Positions 29,014-39,324 are shown, numbered from the stretch's first letter. The stretch is DNA of 64,000 bases from an uncultured Oscillospiraceae bacterium (GCA_964642795.1 CAZXRQ010000001.1:3288-67287); one strand, 5' to 3'. The notes: generated by a model from the letters alone, not told the origin. Made by a program: numbers and translations.

Positions 29014-30000
29014 TCAGCGGGCTCCTTTATCGTAGGGTATGCCTTCAGCCTTAGGCGCTCTGGACTTTTTGGATGTGAGTATCAGCAATATCATGGTGAC
29101 GATGTAGGGCAGCATGAGATACAGATACTCGCTGGATTTGACGTTGCTAAAGCTGGGCAGGAACGGGATAGAGCCACTGTACGAGCCGACTATCTTGAAC
29201 AGCGCGAAAAACAGCGATGCGCCAAGAATGTTCATGGGCTTCCAGTTGCCGAATATCATAACTGCCAAAGCCAGGAAGCCGTAGCCGGCGACGGAGGATT
29301 GGAACGCGCTGCCGGCTGCCAGCGTATACGCAAGCCCGCCTATACCGCCGAGCAAGCCTGATATCATGACGCCAGCATAGCGCATACGGTACACGTTTAT
29401 GCCTACGGAATCTGCGGCCTGAGGATGCTCACCGCAGGCACGAAGCCTTAAACCAAAGCGTGTCTTGTAAAGCAGTATGACCGCCACGATAAACAGCACA
29501 ACGGCCACAGGTGTCGTAAGGAAAAAGCTTTTGAATACCAAATTCTGGAAAAAAGTGTTCTTAACGGCTATACCGAGGGTGCTTTGGCTGATGCGCGCCC
29601 AGGTGGGTATTAGTATGTTGGTTTGCCCTTGACCCTGAACCGCCCACGTGAGAGTTATTGCAAACGCTGGAGCGAACATATTCAGTGCGGTGCCGCCAAT
29701 GGTCTGATCGGCTTTCAGCTGTATTGAGGCGAACGCCAGCGCCAGCGAGAATATCATGCCGGAGCCTGCCGCAATGAGTATGGCAATAAGCATGGCCTGC
29801 TGAGGATGCATGGCTCCAAGGCCGGAAAGATCGGCAGAGCGCAGGTATAGCGTGCCGAACAGCGCGCCTATAACCATGATACCCTCAAGCGCTATGTTGA
29901 TTATGCCGCTGCGTTCGGAAAACATACCGCCCAAGGCTACCAGCAGCAGCGGTACTGCAAATATGATGGTTGCGGCGAGAATATCGGATAGAATATTCAT
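29014..30000 (-). CDS. Nucleoside (BMP-family) ABC transporter permease
   Basis: 328 aa with 8-9 TM helices, resembling the branched-chain/ribose-type permease fold of NupQ/YufQ. ATGA overlap with the upstream permease. Confidence 0.8.
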   Translation of the reverse strand: MNILSDILAATIIFAVPLLLVALGGMFSERSGIINIALEGIMVIGALFGTLYLRSADLSGLGAMHPQQAMLIAILIAAGSGMIFSLALAFASIQLKADQTIGGTALNMFAPAFAITLTWAVQGQGQTNILIPTWARISQSTLGIAVKNTFFQNLVFKSFFLTTPVAVVLFIVAVILLYKTRFGLRLRACGEHPQAADSVGINVYRMRYAGVMISGLLGGIGGLAYTLAAGSAFQSSVAGYGFLALAVMIFGNWKPMNILGASLFFALFKIVGSYSGSIPFLPSFSNVKSSEYLYLMLPYIVTMILLILTSKKSRAPKAEGIPYDKGAR

Positions 30001-31160
30001 GCTTCGTCGCCCTCGCTTTCCTTGGTATTTGCTTCATCAGGCAAAACGGGTTTAGGCTCCGGATCGGCATTGATGTTGCCGTAGTCATGCAGCTTCTTGC
30101 GCGCGAGCAGCTCGCGTATCAGCAGCGAGAAGGCCGCAAGGTAGATTATCACTGCGATGATGATATCGATTATCTCCTTTACGAACTCAGGCTGCATAGC
30201 GTCGCCGCCGACCTGAATATAGGAGATGAACAGCGCCGAGAACACAGTGCCGAGCGGATGAGAGGAGGCGAGCAGCGCGACTGGGATACCGTTAAAGCCC
30301 ATTGCCAGCAGCGACTTTACCAGCGTATATTGGCCGGTGCCTGCAAGGAAGTACAGTCCGCCGCCCACGCCGGACAGCGCTCCTGCGATGACCATGGAAA
30401 GCACGATGTTGCGTTTGGCGTTGATACCAGCGTATATGCTGGCGTTCTTATTGTGGCCGCAGGCCTTCAATTCGTAGCCGAAGGTAGTTTTTGTGAGTAT
30501 TATCCACATAATGATCGCAAAAAGTATAGCGATAAAAATGCTTATGTTCATATAGTTGCTGTTGAGCAGCTTGTCAAGCCCCATGCGCGGTATCAGTGCG
30601 GACGGGTTGGCCTTTGCGAGGTTTGCGGTGCGGTCCATCTGTGCATCGCCCCAGTATTTTGCGAGCATCATGGGCAGATTGGATATTGAAAAGTTTACTA
30701 GGAACATGGATATCCAGTTGAACATTATTGAGGTGATGACTTCGTTAACGTTGAACAGCGCCTTAAAAAGACCTGGGAACATACCCCAAAATGCGCCGCC
30801 TATCATCGCCATTACAAGGCAGATGTACCACGGCTGCTGGAACTGTATTGCAAATACCAGCGCGAGCCCTGCGCCTATGGTATACTGGCCGGTTGCGCCT
30901 ATATTAAACAGGCCGGTTTTGAATGCGAAGCCGACGGAGAGCCCCACCATTATCAGCGGAGCGGCCTGATACAGCACCTTGGCGATCTTGTCGGAGGACC
31001 TTATACCGGCGCTTATAAGGCTTTCAAAGCCGCGCAGGGCAAACTGCGAATTAAGCGCAAACAGCAGCGCCAAGCCAAACAGCAGCCCTATACAGATCGA
31101 TATAAGGGAGGCTAAGAAGCTGGTGCCTCCTGGTATATGAAAACGGCGTTTTTTATTCAT
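29997..31160 (-). CDS. Nucleoside (BMP-family) ABC transporter permease
   Basis: Polytopic and NupP/YufP-like. ATG 31160 (MNKKRRFHIPG) overlaps the ATPase stop by 8 nt. The longer track start lies inside the ATPase gene. Confidence 0.8.
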   Translation of the reverse strand: MNKKRRFHIPGGTSFLASLISICIGLLFGLALLFALNSQFALRGFESLISAGIRSSDKIAKVLYQAAPLIMVGLSVGFAFKTGLFNIGATGQYTIGAGLALVFAIQFQQPWYICLVMAMIGGAFWGMFPGLFKALFNVNEVITSIMFNWISMFLVNFSISNLPMMLAKYWGDAQMDRTANLAKANPSALIPRMGLDKLLNSNYMNISIFIAILFAIIMWIILTKTTFGYELKACGHNKNASIYAGINAKRNIVLSMVIAGALSGVGGGLYFLAGTGQYTLVKSLLAMGFNGIPVALLASSHPLGTVFSALFISYIQVGGDAMQPEFVKEIIDIIIAVIIYLAAFSLLIRELLARKKLHDYGNINADPEPKPVLPDEANTKESEGDEA

Positions 31161-32709
31161 TTGCTGAACCCTCGCTTTCGGTTTGCCTGCTTTGGCGCTT
31201 TGCACCCGCCATGTAGAGGCCGAGCTCACTGACGTTGGTGACCTTAGGATCAAACTCACCGACGATTTCGCCCTCGTACATCACGAATATCCGGTCGCTT
31301 ACGTTCATAACCTCGTCAAGCTCCAGCGATATAAGCAGCACGGCTTTACCCTGATCGCGCTGGGCCACAAGCTGCTTATGAATGTACTCGATAGCGCCGA
31401 CGTCCAAGCCGCGGGTAGGCTGAACAGCTACGAGCAGCTCCGGATTCTTGTCGATCTCACGGGCGACTATGGCCTTTTGCTGGTTGCCGCCGGACATACT
31501 GCGCGCCGGAGTAAGGGGACCCTGGCCGCTGCGGATATCGTATTGCTCAATCAGTTTTTCGGCGTAGGCGCGTACGGCGTCCTTTTTGATGAAGCCGTTG
31601 TGCTGGAACTGAGGCCGCCAATAGCGCTGCAGCACAAGGTTTTGCTCCAGCGTATAGTCGAGAATGAGACCGTACTTATGCCTGTCCTCGGGGATATGGC
31701 TCATACCGAGTGCAGAACGGGAGCGGATGCTGGATTTGGTTATATCCTGCCCGCACATGGTTATGCTGCCTGCGCTCATCTTCTCAAGGCCGGTAAGCGC
31801 ATACACAAACTCGGTTTGGCCGTTGCCCTCGATACCGGCAAGGCAGACTATCTCGCCGCGGCGTACTTGCAGGGAAACGTTTTTAACGGCGTTGTTCCTG
31901 TGAAGCTTGCTGGGCACCGTGACGTCATCTACTTCCAGCACGACGTCGCCGGGGACGGACTCCTCCTTATGTACCTGAAACTCCACGTCGCGCCCTACCA
32001 TCATGCGGGAAAGCTCCTGCTTGGTGGTGTTTGCTATCTCAACGGTGCCCATGCATTTGCCCTTTCTGAGCACCGTGCAGCGATCTGCAACGGCCATTAT
32101 TTCGTTGAGCTTGTGGGTTATGAACAGTATGGATTTGCCTTCGCGCGTAAAATTGCGCATGATCTCCATAAGCTCGTCGATCTCCTGCGGGGTAAGGACG
32201 GCGGTTGGTTCGTCAAAGATCAGTATTTCATTATCGCGGTACAGCATTTTCAGTATTTCAACGCGCTGTTGCATACCGACGGAAATGTCCTCGATTTTTG
32301 CATCCGGGTCTATGGCCAAACCGTATTTTTGGGAAAGCGCAACTACCTTTTCACGCGCCTCGGCCTTCTTCAAAAAGCCTATTTTATTGGGCTCCACGCC
32401 TAGGATTATGTTGTCCAATACCGAAAAGACCTCAACCAGCTTGAAGTGCTGGTGTACCATGCCAATGTTTAGCGCATTGGCGTCGTTGGGATCCTTTATT
32501 TTTACGGGCTCGCCGTTTTTTTTGATCTCGCCGCTTTCGGGCTGATACAGGCCGAAAAGCACGCTCATAAGGGTGGATTTGCCAGCGCCGTTTTCACCTA
32601 GCAGCGCGTGGACCTCGCCCTTTTTAAGCTGCAAAGTAATGTTGTCATTAGCGCGTATGCCCGGAAAATCCTTTGTGATGTTAAGCATCTCTATGACGTA
32701 CTCGCTCAT
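31153..32709 (-). CDS. Nucleoside/sugar-type ABC transporter ATP-binding protein (duplicated NBD)
   Basis: Two NBDs. The first has Walker A GENGAGKST and signature SVGMQQRVEI. The second has GIEGNGQTE and signature SGGNQQKA. Confidence 0.9.
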   Translation of the reverse strand: MSEYVIEMLNITKDFPGIRANDNITLQLKKGEVHALLGENGAGKSTLMSVLFGLYQPESGEIKKNGEPVKIKDPNDANALNIGMVHQHFKLVEVFSVLDNIILGVEPNKIGFLKKAEAREKVVALSQKYGLAIDPDAKIEDISVGMQQRVEILKMLYRDNEILIFDEPTAVLTPQEIDELMEIMRNFTREGKSILFITHKLNEIMAVADRCTVLRKGKCMGTVEIANTTKQELSRMMVGRDVEFQVHKEESVPGDVVLEVDDVTVPSKLHRNNAVKNVSLQVRRGEIVCLAGIEGNGQTEFVYALTGLEKMSAGSITMCGQDITKSSIRSRSALGMSHIPEDRHKYGLILDYTLEQNLVLQRYWRPQFQHNGFIKKDAVRAYAEKLIEQYDIRSGQGPLTPARSMSGGNQQKAIVAREIDKNPELLVAVQPTRGLDVGAIEYIHKQLVAQRDQGKAVLLISLELDEVMNVSDRIFVMYEGEIVGEFDPKVTNVSELGLYMAGAKRQSRQTESEGSANE

Positions 32710-32866
32710 TATCGGATGTTCCTTCCATATAAATATAAATATACAAAAAAGCTTTAGTACACGACGTATAATGCCGTAAGAACGAACAGGGAGATTTTTG
32801 CGATAAAACGGAAAGGGGCTGGGCTATATGCCCAGCCCCTTGTGTGAACTAACGGTCGATGCAGGA

Positions 32867-34027
32867 TTACTCCTGATAATCAACAGCGATGGAAACAGCG
32901 GGGTGGTTCTCGATGTCGGGAGAAACGACGATCTCGCCGGATACCAGCTTTGCGTAAAGCGCTTCGTAAGCGTCAACGGTGAAGTCGCCCAGCTTCCAGG
33001 AAGCATCGGCGGTGGGGATGCCAACGGAGCCCTGCTCGGCGCCATAGCTGATGCCGTGGCCGGAATAGTCGGCGGGCAGCGTGCCGCCATTGTCATAATA
33101 GGCGGTAAGCGCAGCCTGAACGGAGCCGTAAAGATCCTTCATGGCAGAGGTGATGATGCGCTCGTTGATGTAGCCCTGGTCGACGTCAACGCCAATTATC
33201 TTGCCTTCGGCGGTCTCTTCAGCGGAAGCGATGGCGGAATACAGTATGCCGCCGCCAGCTGCGAATATGACCTCGGTGCCTTCGGTGTACCAGCCGGCGG
33301 TCTTGGTCTTGATATCATCGGTGGGAGCGAAGGAGCCGGAATACCAGTACTTCAGCTCGATGTCGGCGGTGTTGCCAAGCTCCGCAGCAGCAGCGTCAAC
33401 GCCCTGCACGAAGCCTTCACCATAACGGACGACGGCGGGAACAGCCATGCCGCCAAGGAACGCCAGCTTGGTGTAGCCGGCCATTACGGCGGCGTAACCG
33501 GCGAGATAACCAGCCTGCTCCTCCTGATAGCAGATAAGCACGGTATTCGCCGTGGGCTCTGCAACGTCAGGATAGGAGGGGTTGGTCTCAGAGGAGGTCA
33601 TGTCGATACCGATAAAGGTAACATCAGGATACTCCTGCGGAACGGCGTTGAAAGCGCCTGCAAACAGATAGCCCGGGCATACGATGACCTTAGCGCCCTT
33701 GTCGATGGCGGTCTTGATGGTCTCTATGCGGGCTTCGTCGCTGTCCTCAGAGGGACGGTAGTAGTTGAAGGTTTTGCCGTTAGCTTCGGCATAATCCCTT
33801 GCGCCTTCATAGGTGAACTGGTTGAAGGACTGGTCGTCAATGTTGCCGACGTCGGTGATCATAGCGATCTCATAGGTGCCTTCCTCAGCGACGACCTCTT
33901 CCTCGGTGACTTCTTCAGTGGTTTCCTCAACAACGGGTTGTTCGGTGGCACCTTCGTCAGCAGGCTGGCAGCCTACCACTGCGAAGACCATCACGAGTGC
34001 CAGCAATAATGCGGCGATTTTCTTCAT
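32867..34027 (-). CDS. BMP family (Med/PnrA-like) nucleoside-binding lipoprotein
   Basis: Lipobox MVFAVVGC and an acidic linker. BMP-type core (IAMITDVGNIDDQSFNQ, GYLAGYAA, FAAGGG). Confidence 0.85.
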   Translation of the reverse strand: MKKIAALLLALVMVFAVVGCQPADEGATEQPVVEETTEEVTEEEVVAEEGTYEIAMITDVGNIDDQSFNQFTYEGARDYAEANGKTFNYYRPSEDSDEARIETIKTAIDKGAKVIVCPGYLFAGAFNAVPQEYPDVTFIGIDMTSSETNPSYPDVAEPTANTVLICYQEEQAGYLAGYAAVMAGYTKLAFLGGMAVPAVVRYGEGFVQGVDAAAAELGNTADIELKYWYSGSFAPTDDIKTKTAGWYTEGTEVIFAAGGGILYSAIASAEETAEGKIIGVDVDQGYINERIITSAMKDLYGSVQAALTAYYDNGGTLPADYSGHGISYGAEQGSVGIPTADASWKLGDFTVDAYEALYAKLVSGEIVVSPDIENHPAVSIAVDYQE

Positions 34028-34226
34028 TGGTGATTCCTCCTACAAATTCTTTGCTGTAAGTTACAGCATCAGTATATTGATATTCTATCATCACAGCCAA
34101 AATAATTAAAGTATATAACCCAAAAAAGATGCGCAGTTTTTTGCAGCGTTGCAATGTGTTTGCATTTTCGGGTATATTTCAACTTGTTGGTGTGGTACAA
34201 TAGCAAAAAAAGAGAAAGAAATTGGC

Positions 34227-35060
34227 ATGTTTGGGTATATCCTGCCAAACAAAAACGAACTCAAGGTAAGGGAGCTGGCCGAGTACAAAGCATTTTACTG
34301 CGGCCTGTGCCATGCAATAAGCGCTAGATACGGTCAACTGCCCAGGATGTCCCTCAGCTATGACTGCGCTTTTGCGGCGCTGATCGTGAGCGGCTTTTAT
34401 CCCTGCAGCGGTTTTGAACTGCACCGCTGTGCCTATAAGCCGCTGAAGCGGAAAATACCGGTGGCGCGCAGCAGTCCGGCATTGGACTTTGCAGCGGATC
34501 TGAACGTTCTGCTGAGCTGGTATAAGCTCGAAGACGATTGGCACGACGAGAAAAAAGTATCCGCGCTTGCCGGAAGGGCGGCGCTGTACCCGGCGGCAAA
34601 ACGCGCTAAGCGCATTGCGCCGGAGCTCGACGGGGTGATCGCAGAGGGCATAGCCGGGCTTTCCAAAATAGAAAACGCGTCATGCGCGGAGCTCGATCCG
34701 GCTGCAAACGCGTTTTCCGAGATGCTCGCCAACGCATTTTTGCTTGCGCCGCTTCCGGACGACGATGCGCGCAGGATAATTAAAAGCATAGGCTTCGGTT
34801 TGGGCAGGTGGCTGTATCTTATGGATGCGTGGGACGACCGCGGCAAGGATAAAAAGACCGGCTCGTACAATGTATTCAACCTGTGCAACAGCGACGAGGA
34901 ACAGGCGAAATTCCTGCTTAACTTCGCACTTAACGGAGCCATAGACGCATATGACCTTATGGACGTAAGATCGCACAAGGGAGTGCTGGATAATATAATG
35001 TATACAGGCTGTGTAGAAAAGACAATCGCGCTTGTAGGAAAGGGAAAGGACATTGAATAA
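34227..35060 (+). CDS. DUF5685-like protein, function unknown
   Basis: N-terminus [49 protein letters not shown] matches my recollection of the Firmicute DUF5685 family. First gene of a tightly coupled 3-gene unit. Confidence 0.6.
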   Translation: MFGYILPNKNELKVRELAEYKAFYCGLCHAISARYGQLPRMSLSYDCAFAALIVSGFYPCSGFELHRCAYKPLKRKIPVARSSPALDFAADLNVLLSWYKLEDDWHDEKKVSALAGRAALYPAAKRAKRIAPELDGVIAEGIAGLSKIENASCAELDPAANAFSEMLANAFLLAPLPDDDARRIIKSIGFGLGRWLYLMDAWDDRGKDKKTGSYNVFNLCNSDEEQAKFLLNFALNGAIDAYDLMDVRSHKGVLDNIMYTGCVEKTIALVGKGKDIE

Positions 35061-35691
35061 TCCCTATTCGGTTTTGGGAGTGCGCGAGGACGCGTCGCAG
35101 GAGGAAATCCGTGCGGCGTATCTCAAGCTGGTGAAAAAATACCATCCCGACAAATACGCCGACAGCGACCTCAAGGAGCTTGCAAACGATAAGCTCAAGG
35201 AAGTCAACGAGGCTTACGATATGCTGACCAAGCGCAACGATGCCGGCAGAACTGCCGAAAGCGCCCGCAGCTACGGCGGCGCGTACAGCGGTACGGGCAG
35301 CTCGTATTCCGGCCCCAACTCATCGGATTTTTCCCGCGCCAGATCCTATATAAACCAAAATAATCTGCAGGCGGCAAAGCAGGTGCTGGACGCCATATCT
35401 ATACGCAACGCCGAATGGTATTACCTTTACGGCATAATATACCTTAGGCAGGGCTGGCATGCCAAGGCCAGCGAATACATAACCATGGCATACCAGCAGG
35501 AGCCGGGCAATCCGGAATACAGCAGCGCCTATCAGGCCATACGTAATTCCGGCAGCACTTACTATAACCGCAGCGCCGGCTCGGGCAATCCGTATGCCAG
35601 CGATTGCAGCGGCTGTGATGTGTGTACGGGGCTTCTCTGCACAGATTGCTGCTGCGAGTGCATGGGCGGGGACTTTATCCCCTGCTGCTGA
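35053..35691 (+). CDS. J-domain protein with TPR-like middle and C-terminal cysteine-string tail
   Basis: J domain NPYSVLGV...YHPDKY (HPD motif). TPR-like segment [24 protein letters not shown]. The tail [28 protein letters not shown] has 10 Cys in 28 aa. TTG start overlaps the upstream stop by 8 nt. Confidence 0.75.
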   Translation: MNNPYSVLGVREDASQEEIRAAYLKLVKKYHPDKYADSDLKELANDKLKEVNEAYDMLTKRNDAGRTAESARSYGGAYSGTGSSYSGPNSSDFSRARSYINQNNLQAAKQVLDAISIRNAEWYYLYGIIYLRQGWHAKASEYITMAYQQEPGNPEYSSAYQAIRNSGSTYYNRSAGSGNPYASDCSGCDVCTGLLCTDCCCECMGGDFIPCC

Positions 35692-35700
35692 GCGACGCAT

Positions 35701-36237
35701 ATGGCTAACGGCTTTTCTACAGCCCGAAAACTGACCTACGGCGCCGTATGCACGGCACTTTCTTTGCTTGCTCTCGTGCTTGCGGGCGTGCTGCCCACAA
35801 TGCGATTAGCGTGTTATTTCATAAGCGCTCTGTTTGTATATGTGCTTTCGCGGGAAAGACTGTACGGCGAGGCGTGCATTTGCTTTTTGGCGGTGTGCGC
35901 GCTTTCTCTGCTGCTTTTGCCCGATAAGCTGACCGCGCTTCCGTATGCTGCGCTGCTTGGCCATTTCGGCATTTTCAAGCCGGCGGCGGACAACCGCTTT
36001 GGACAAAAACCAGCTGGATTTATACTATGCGTGCTGTATTGCGACGTGTTTTTTGCTTTAGGCGTGTTTGTCGCGGTGCGACTGTTTGACTTCGACGCTG
36101 CTTCGCTTTCCCGGTATGCCGTGCCTGTATGGGCGCTGGCAGCGGCCTGTCAGCTTGCGCTGATATTGTTCGTATGGCTGTACGGTGTGTGCCAAAGGGT
36201 ATACGAAAGACGTTTTAGAAACCTGCTGCTTAAATAA
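35701..36237 (+). CDS. Polytopic membrane protein, unknown function
   Basis: 178 aa with about 5 hydrophobic helices. ATG lies 9 nt after the J-protein stop. Confidence 0.55.
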   Translation: MANGFSTARKLTYGAVCTALSLLALVLAGVLPTMRLACYFISALFVYVLSRERLYGEACICFLAVCALSLLLLPDKLTALPYAALLGHFGIFKPAADNRFGQKPAGFILCVLYCDVFFALGVFVAVRLFDFDAASLSRYAVPVWALAAACQLALILFVWLYGVCQRVYERRFRNLLLK

Positions 36238-36313
36238 TAAAAACCGTATTATCCGCGCTTAAGCGCCGCCGAGGTTGGCAATGCTAAATAAAAAGTAGTA
36301 TTGCGCTTCGGGG

Positions 36314-38671
36314 GTGATATTTTTGGATGCTGTAAAGAAGAAAAAACGTGGACGCTGGTTCCGGCGCTTGCTGCTTACGGTATCGCTGTGCGTGCTGGCG
36401 TTTTTGCTGTTTTTCGCAGTACGGTTGTTTCAACTGGACGCATGGCACGAATTTGATCCGGACAAGATACTCGGTGCGGATCAAACGCTGATATTGTACG
36501 ACGGCGAGCAAAATGAGATAGTCCGTCTGCACAGCACAGAGGACAGGGTGATGGTGGCGCTTGAGGATATTCCATATCTTACACGCATGGCCTTCGTCTC
36601 GGCGGAGGATGCACGGTTTTATGACCATATCGGCGTGGACTTCATACGCATAGTCGGCGCTGCGTGGGCAGATCTGAAGGCGGGCGGATATGTTCAGGGC
36701 GCGTCCACGATAAGCCAGCAGCTCATAAAGCTGAGCCATCTTACCGCGGAAAAGACCATAACGCGCAAGCTGGAGGAGGCGGTGCTGGCCTATCAGATGG
36801 AGCGGCAGTTCAGCAAGGACGAAATACTCGAGATGTATCTCAACTACGTGTATTTCGGCGGCGGCTACTACGGGATAGAGGCGGCCGCGCTGGGCTATTT
36901 TGGCGTACACGCGAGCGAGCTCGACATATCGCAGTCCGCGATGCTGGCGGGCATATTGAAAGCGCCGGGGCGCTTTGCGCCGCACATAGATTACGACGCC
37001 TCCATAGGCCGCAGGAATGTGATACTGTCCCTTATGCAGGAATACGGTTATATCGACGCCGACACTGTGGCGGTGGAAAGAGAAAAAGAGCCGGTTATAC
37101 TGCATGACCCGACTAATACAGCGGTGCGCGGCTATTACGTCGATACGGCTATCAGCAGCGCGGCGAGGCTGCTTGGCGTATCGCAGAACGAGCTTCTTAC
37201 AGGCGGCTACCGAATATATACCTGCATGGATGCCGAAGCGCAGTATGAATGTGAGCGCATATTTGCCGAGAGTGAGGCGTTTCCTACGGATAACGTGCAG
37301 GCTGCGATAGTGCTGCAGCGCGCCGGAACGGGGGAGGTAGCTGCGCTTATGGGTGGCCGTGACGGGAGCGCTGCGATGTCCTTTAACCGGGCAACGAGCA
37401 TACGCCGCCAGCCGGGCTCGCTGATAAAGCCGATAATATGCTACGCTCCGGCGCTGGAGTACAGCGGCTATACGGCGGCAAGCATACTGTTGGATGAGCC
37501 GACCAGCTTCGGGGACTATTCGCCCGGCAACAACAATGATAAATACTACGGCTATGTTACATTGCGCCAGGCGGTAACAAAATCGCTCAACATACCGGCC
37601 GTGAAAGTGCTGTCCGACGTGGGCCTTACGCGCTGCATGGCGTTTGCCAAAAGCTGCGGCGTAGAGTTTTCCATAGGGGACGAGAGCCTTGCGCTTGCTT
37701 TGGGCGGCTTTACATACGGGGTATCGCCGCTGCAGATGGCGGGAGCATATTCCATGCTTGCATCCGGGGGCGAATATTCCTCGCCTACCGTTATACGGAG
37801 CATAACCGACGCTTCCGGAAACGTGCTGTACAAATATGAGCCGGAATGTGAGCGGCTCATGTGTGAAGAGAACGCCTTCATACTTACCAGTATGCTTGAA
37901 AGCGTGATAAGCGACGGTACGGGCAGGCGGCTTGGAGAGCTGGGAATACCGCTTGCGGGTAAAACAGGCACCGTGGGCGGCGACAACGGCAACCGCGATG
38001 CATGGATGGCCGCATATAACTCCGAATATACCGCAGTGGTATGGATGGGTTACGATGATAACAATATCGAATACCTGTCGGACGACGCTACCGGAGGAAA
38101 GTATCCGGCGCTGATACTTTATGAGCTGTTTGCTTCGCTGTACGACGATACGGCTGCGCCGGGTTTTGAGATGCCGGAAGGCGTGGTGATAAGAAGGCTG
38201 GATGGCAGCACCATGCAGACGCACCACCGCACCGTACTCGCAAACGCACTTACGCCGGCTTCCAGCGTATACAAGGAATATTTTAAACTCGGCACCGAGC
38301 CGGACGAGGAAACGGACTACTGGGTAATACCCTCGCGTCCAGGCGGGTTTGCTGTAAGCGTTGATGAAGCCGGCAAGCCGGTGATAACCTTCAACGCGGT
38401 GCAGGAATTTGTAAGCTATGCGCTTTACCGCGAGGGCGGCAGCGGGGAACCGGTGCTGCTGAAAAGCTGGTCCGGCATTACGGGCAGGCAGACATATACC
38501 GATCAAAGCGTAATGCCAGGTGCAGAATATGTGTATTACATAGTACCGGTGCATATGGAGCTTACCGTAAACGGGAAAAAGGTCACCGGCCTGTCCACGC
38601 GCAGTATAACCGTGGAAACACCTTTGATAACGCCGACAGAATTGCAGGAGGATATCGATTTCACGGGCTGA
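36314..38671 (+). CDS. Class A penicillin-binding protein (PBP1A: glycosyltransferase GT51 + transpeptidase)
   Basis: GT51 motifs EDARFYDHIGVD, GASTISQQL and RKLEEA. Transpeptidase motifs SLIKP (SxxK), KSLN (SxN) and KTGT. GTG start at 36314 is uncertain (TTG 36323 is the alternative). Confidence 0.9.
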   Translation: MIFLDAVKKKKRGRWFRRLLLTVSLCVLAFLLFFAVRLFQLDAWHEFDPDKILGADQTLILYDGEQNEIVRLHSTEDRVMVALEDIPYLTRMAFVSAEDARFYDHIGVDFIRIVGAAWADLKAGGYVQGASTISQQLIKLSHLTAEKTITRKLEEAVLAYQMERQFSKDEILEMYLNYVYFGGGYYGIEAAALGYFGVHASELDISQSAMLAGILKAPGRFAPHIDYDASIGRRNVILSLMQEYGYIDADTVAVEREKEPVILHDPTNTAVRGYYVDTAISSAARLLGVSQNELLTGGYRIYTCMDAEAQYECERIFAESEAFPTDNVQAAIVLQRAGTGEVAALMGGRDGSAAMSFNRATSIRRQPGSLIKPIICYAPALEYSGYTAASILLDEPTSFGDYSPGNNNDKYYGYVTLRQAVTKSLNIPAVKVLSDVGLTRCMAFAKSCGVEFSIGDESLALALGGFTYGVSPLQMAGAYSMLASGGEYSSPTVIRSITDASGNVLYKYEPECERLMCEENAFILTSMLESVISDGTGRRLGELGIPLAGKTGTVGGDNGNRDAWMAAYNSEYTAVVWMGYDDNNIEYLSDDATGGKYPALILYELFASLYDDTAAPGFEMPEGVVIRRLDGSTMQTHHRTVLANALTPASSVYKEYFKLGTEPDEETDYWVIPSRPGGFAVSVDEAGKPVITFNAVQEFVSYALYREGGSGEPVLLKSWSGITGRQTYTDQSVMPGAEYVYYIVPVHMELTVNGKKVTGLSTRSITVETPLITPTELQEDIDFTG

Positions 38672-38792
38672 AATTAAGCTGCGGCGGTTGTACAGCGGCC
38701 ACGCTGATGTTATAATTTACACATGGCAGAATACCGCGTCTGGCGCAGATGCGTCAAACGCAATGAACGGATTGAATTAATAGGGGGTTGCT

Positions 38793-39197
38793 ATGATTAT
38801 ATTTGGCATCATGCTTATACTTGCCGGAGTGATAGTCCTTATCGCTGCATTTTCACAGTGGCTGCAAAACCGCTCCTATGCCGCCTGCTCTGCAAGCGTT
38901 ATGGCGACGGTCACAAGAAAAACCAGCCGTGTTACCAAGCGCGGCCGGGTATACGAGCTGTATGTTGCTTATACGGTGGACGGTGTGCCATATGAGAAAT
39001 GGGTTTGCTCCAAGGCGGATGAGTTTGACGGCATATCGGAGGGAGGGCAGGTCGAGCTTAGATATAAACCACGCGCTCCCAAGCATTGCGTGCGCGTATG
39101 GCAGCTGTCGCCAAAGGCGGTACGCGCGCTGTTCATCGTTGGCGCAGTATTGACCGTTGTGGGCGTTGCGCTGTATCTGGCGGGCTATTACATGTAA
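38793..39197 (+). CDS. DUF3592-like membrane protein
   Basis: N- and C-terminal TM helices flank a small beta-rich domain (YAACSASVMATVTRK...VYELYVAYTVDGVPYE). Confidence 0.55.
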   Translation: MIIFGIMLILAGVIVLIAAFSQWLQNRSYAACSASVMATVTRKTSRVTKRGRVYELYVAYTVDGVPYEKWVCSKADEFDGISEGGQVELRYKPRAPKHCVRVWQLSPKAVRALFIVGAVLTVVGVALYLAGYYM

Positions 39198-39240
39198 TAC
39201 CGGTACTCGCTGAGAAATGCGTCATGCCGCGCCGCGTGAT

Positions 39241-39269
39241 TGTTAACGGCGGCCAAACATGATAGAATC
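39241..39269 (+). promoter_or_regulatory. Candidate sigma-A promoter for pdp (TTGTTA-17-TGaTAGAAT)
   Basis: -35 TTGTTA at 39241-39246. The 17-nt spacer ends in TGa (extended -10). -10 TAGAAT at 39264-39269. Confidence 0.55.
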
Positions 39270-39324
39270 AAGCATACGGGATGCTTGCATGAGCATCCTA
39301 TTTCATATGCGAGGTGCATAACAT

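Noticed and set aside
36284-38554. 756-aa ORF antisense to the PBP1A gene, covering nearly its whole length.
   Set aside because: The plus-strand frame carries unmistakable GT51 and transpeptidase motifs. The antisense translation is R/A/H/Y-rich low complexity with no motif, RBS or sensible start. Long stop-free antisense frames are expected in GC-rich, codon-biased genes.
39271-39299. Two overlapping, mutually exclusive hairpins in the pdp leader that looked like an attenuator: AAGCAT/ATGCTT at 39271-39287, and GGATGCT/AGCATCC at 39280-39299.
   Set aside because: With the predicted promoter (-10 at 39264-39269) the start site falls inside the left arm of the first hairpin, so the alternative structure probably cannot form in the RNA. 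The second hairpin has only a weak U-tract. The evidence is insufficient.
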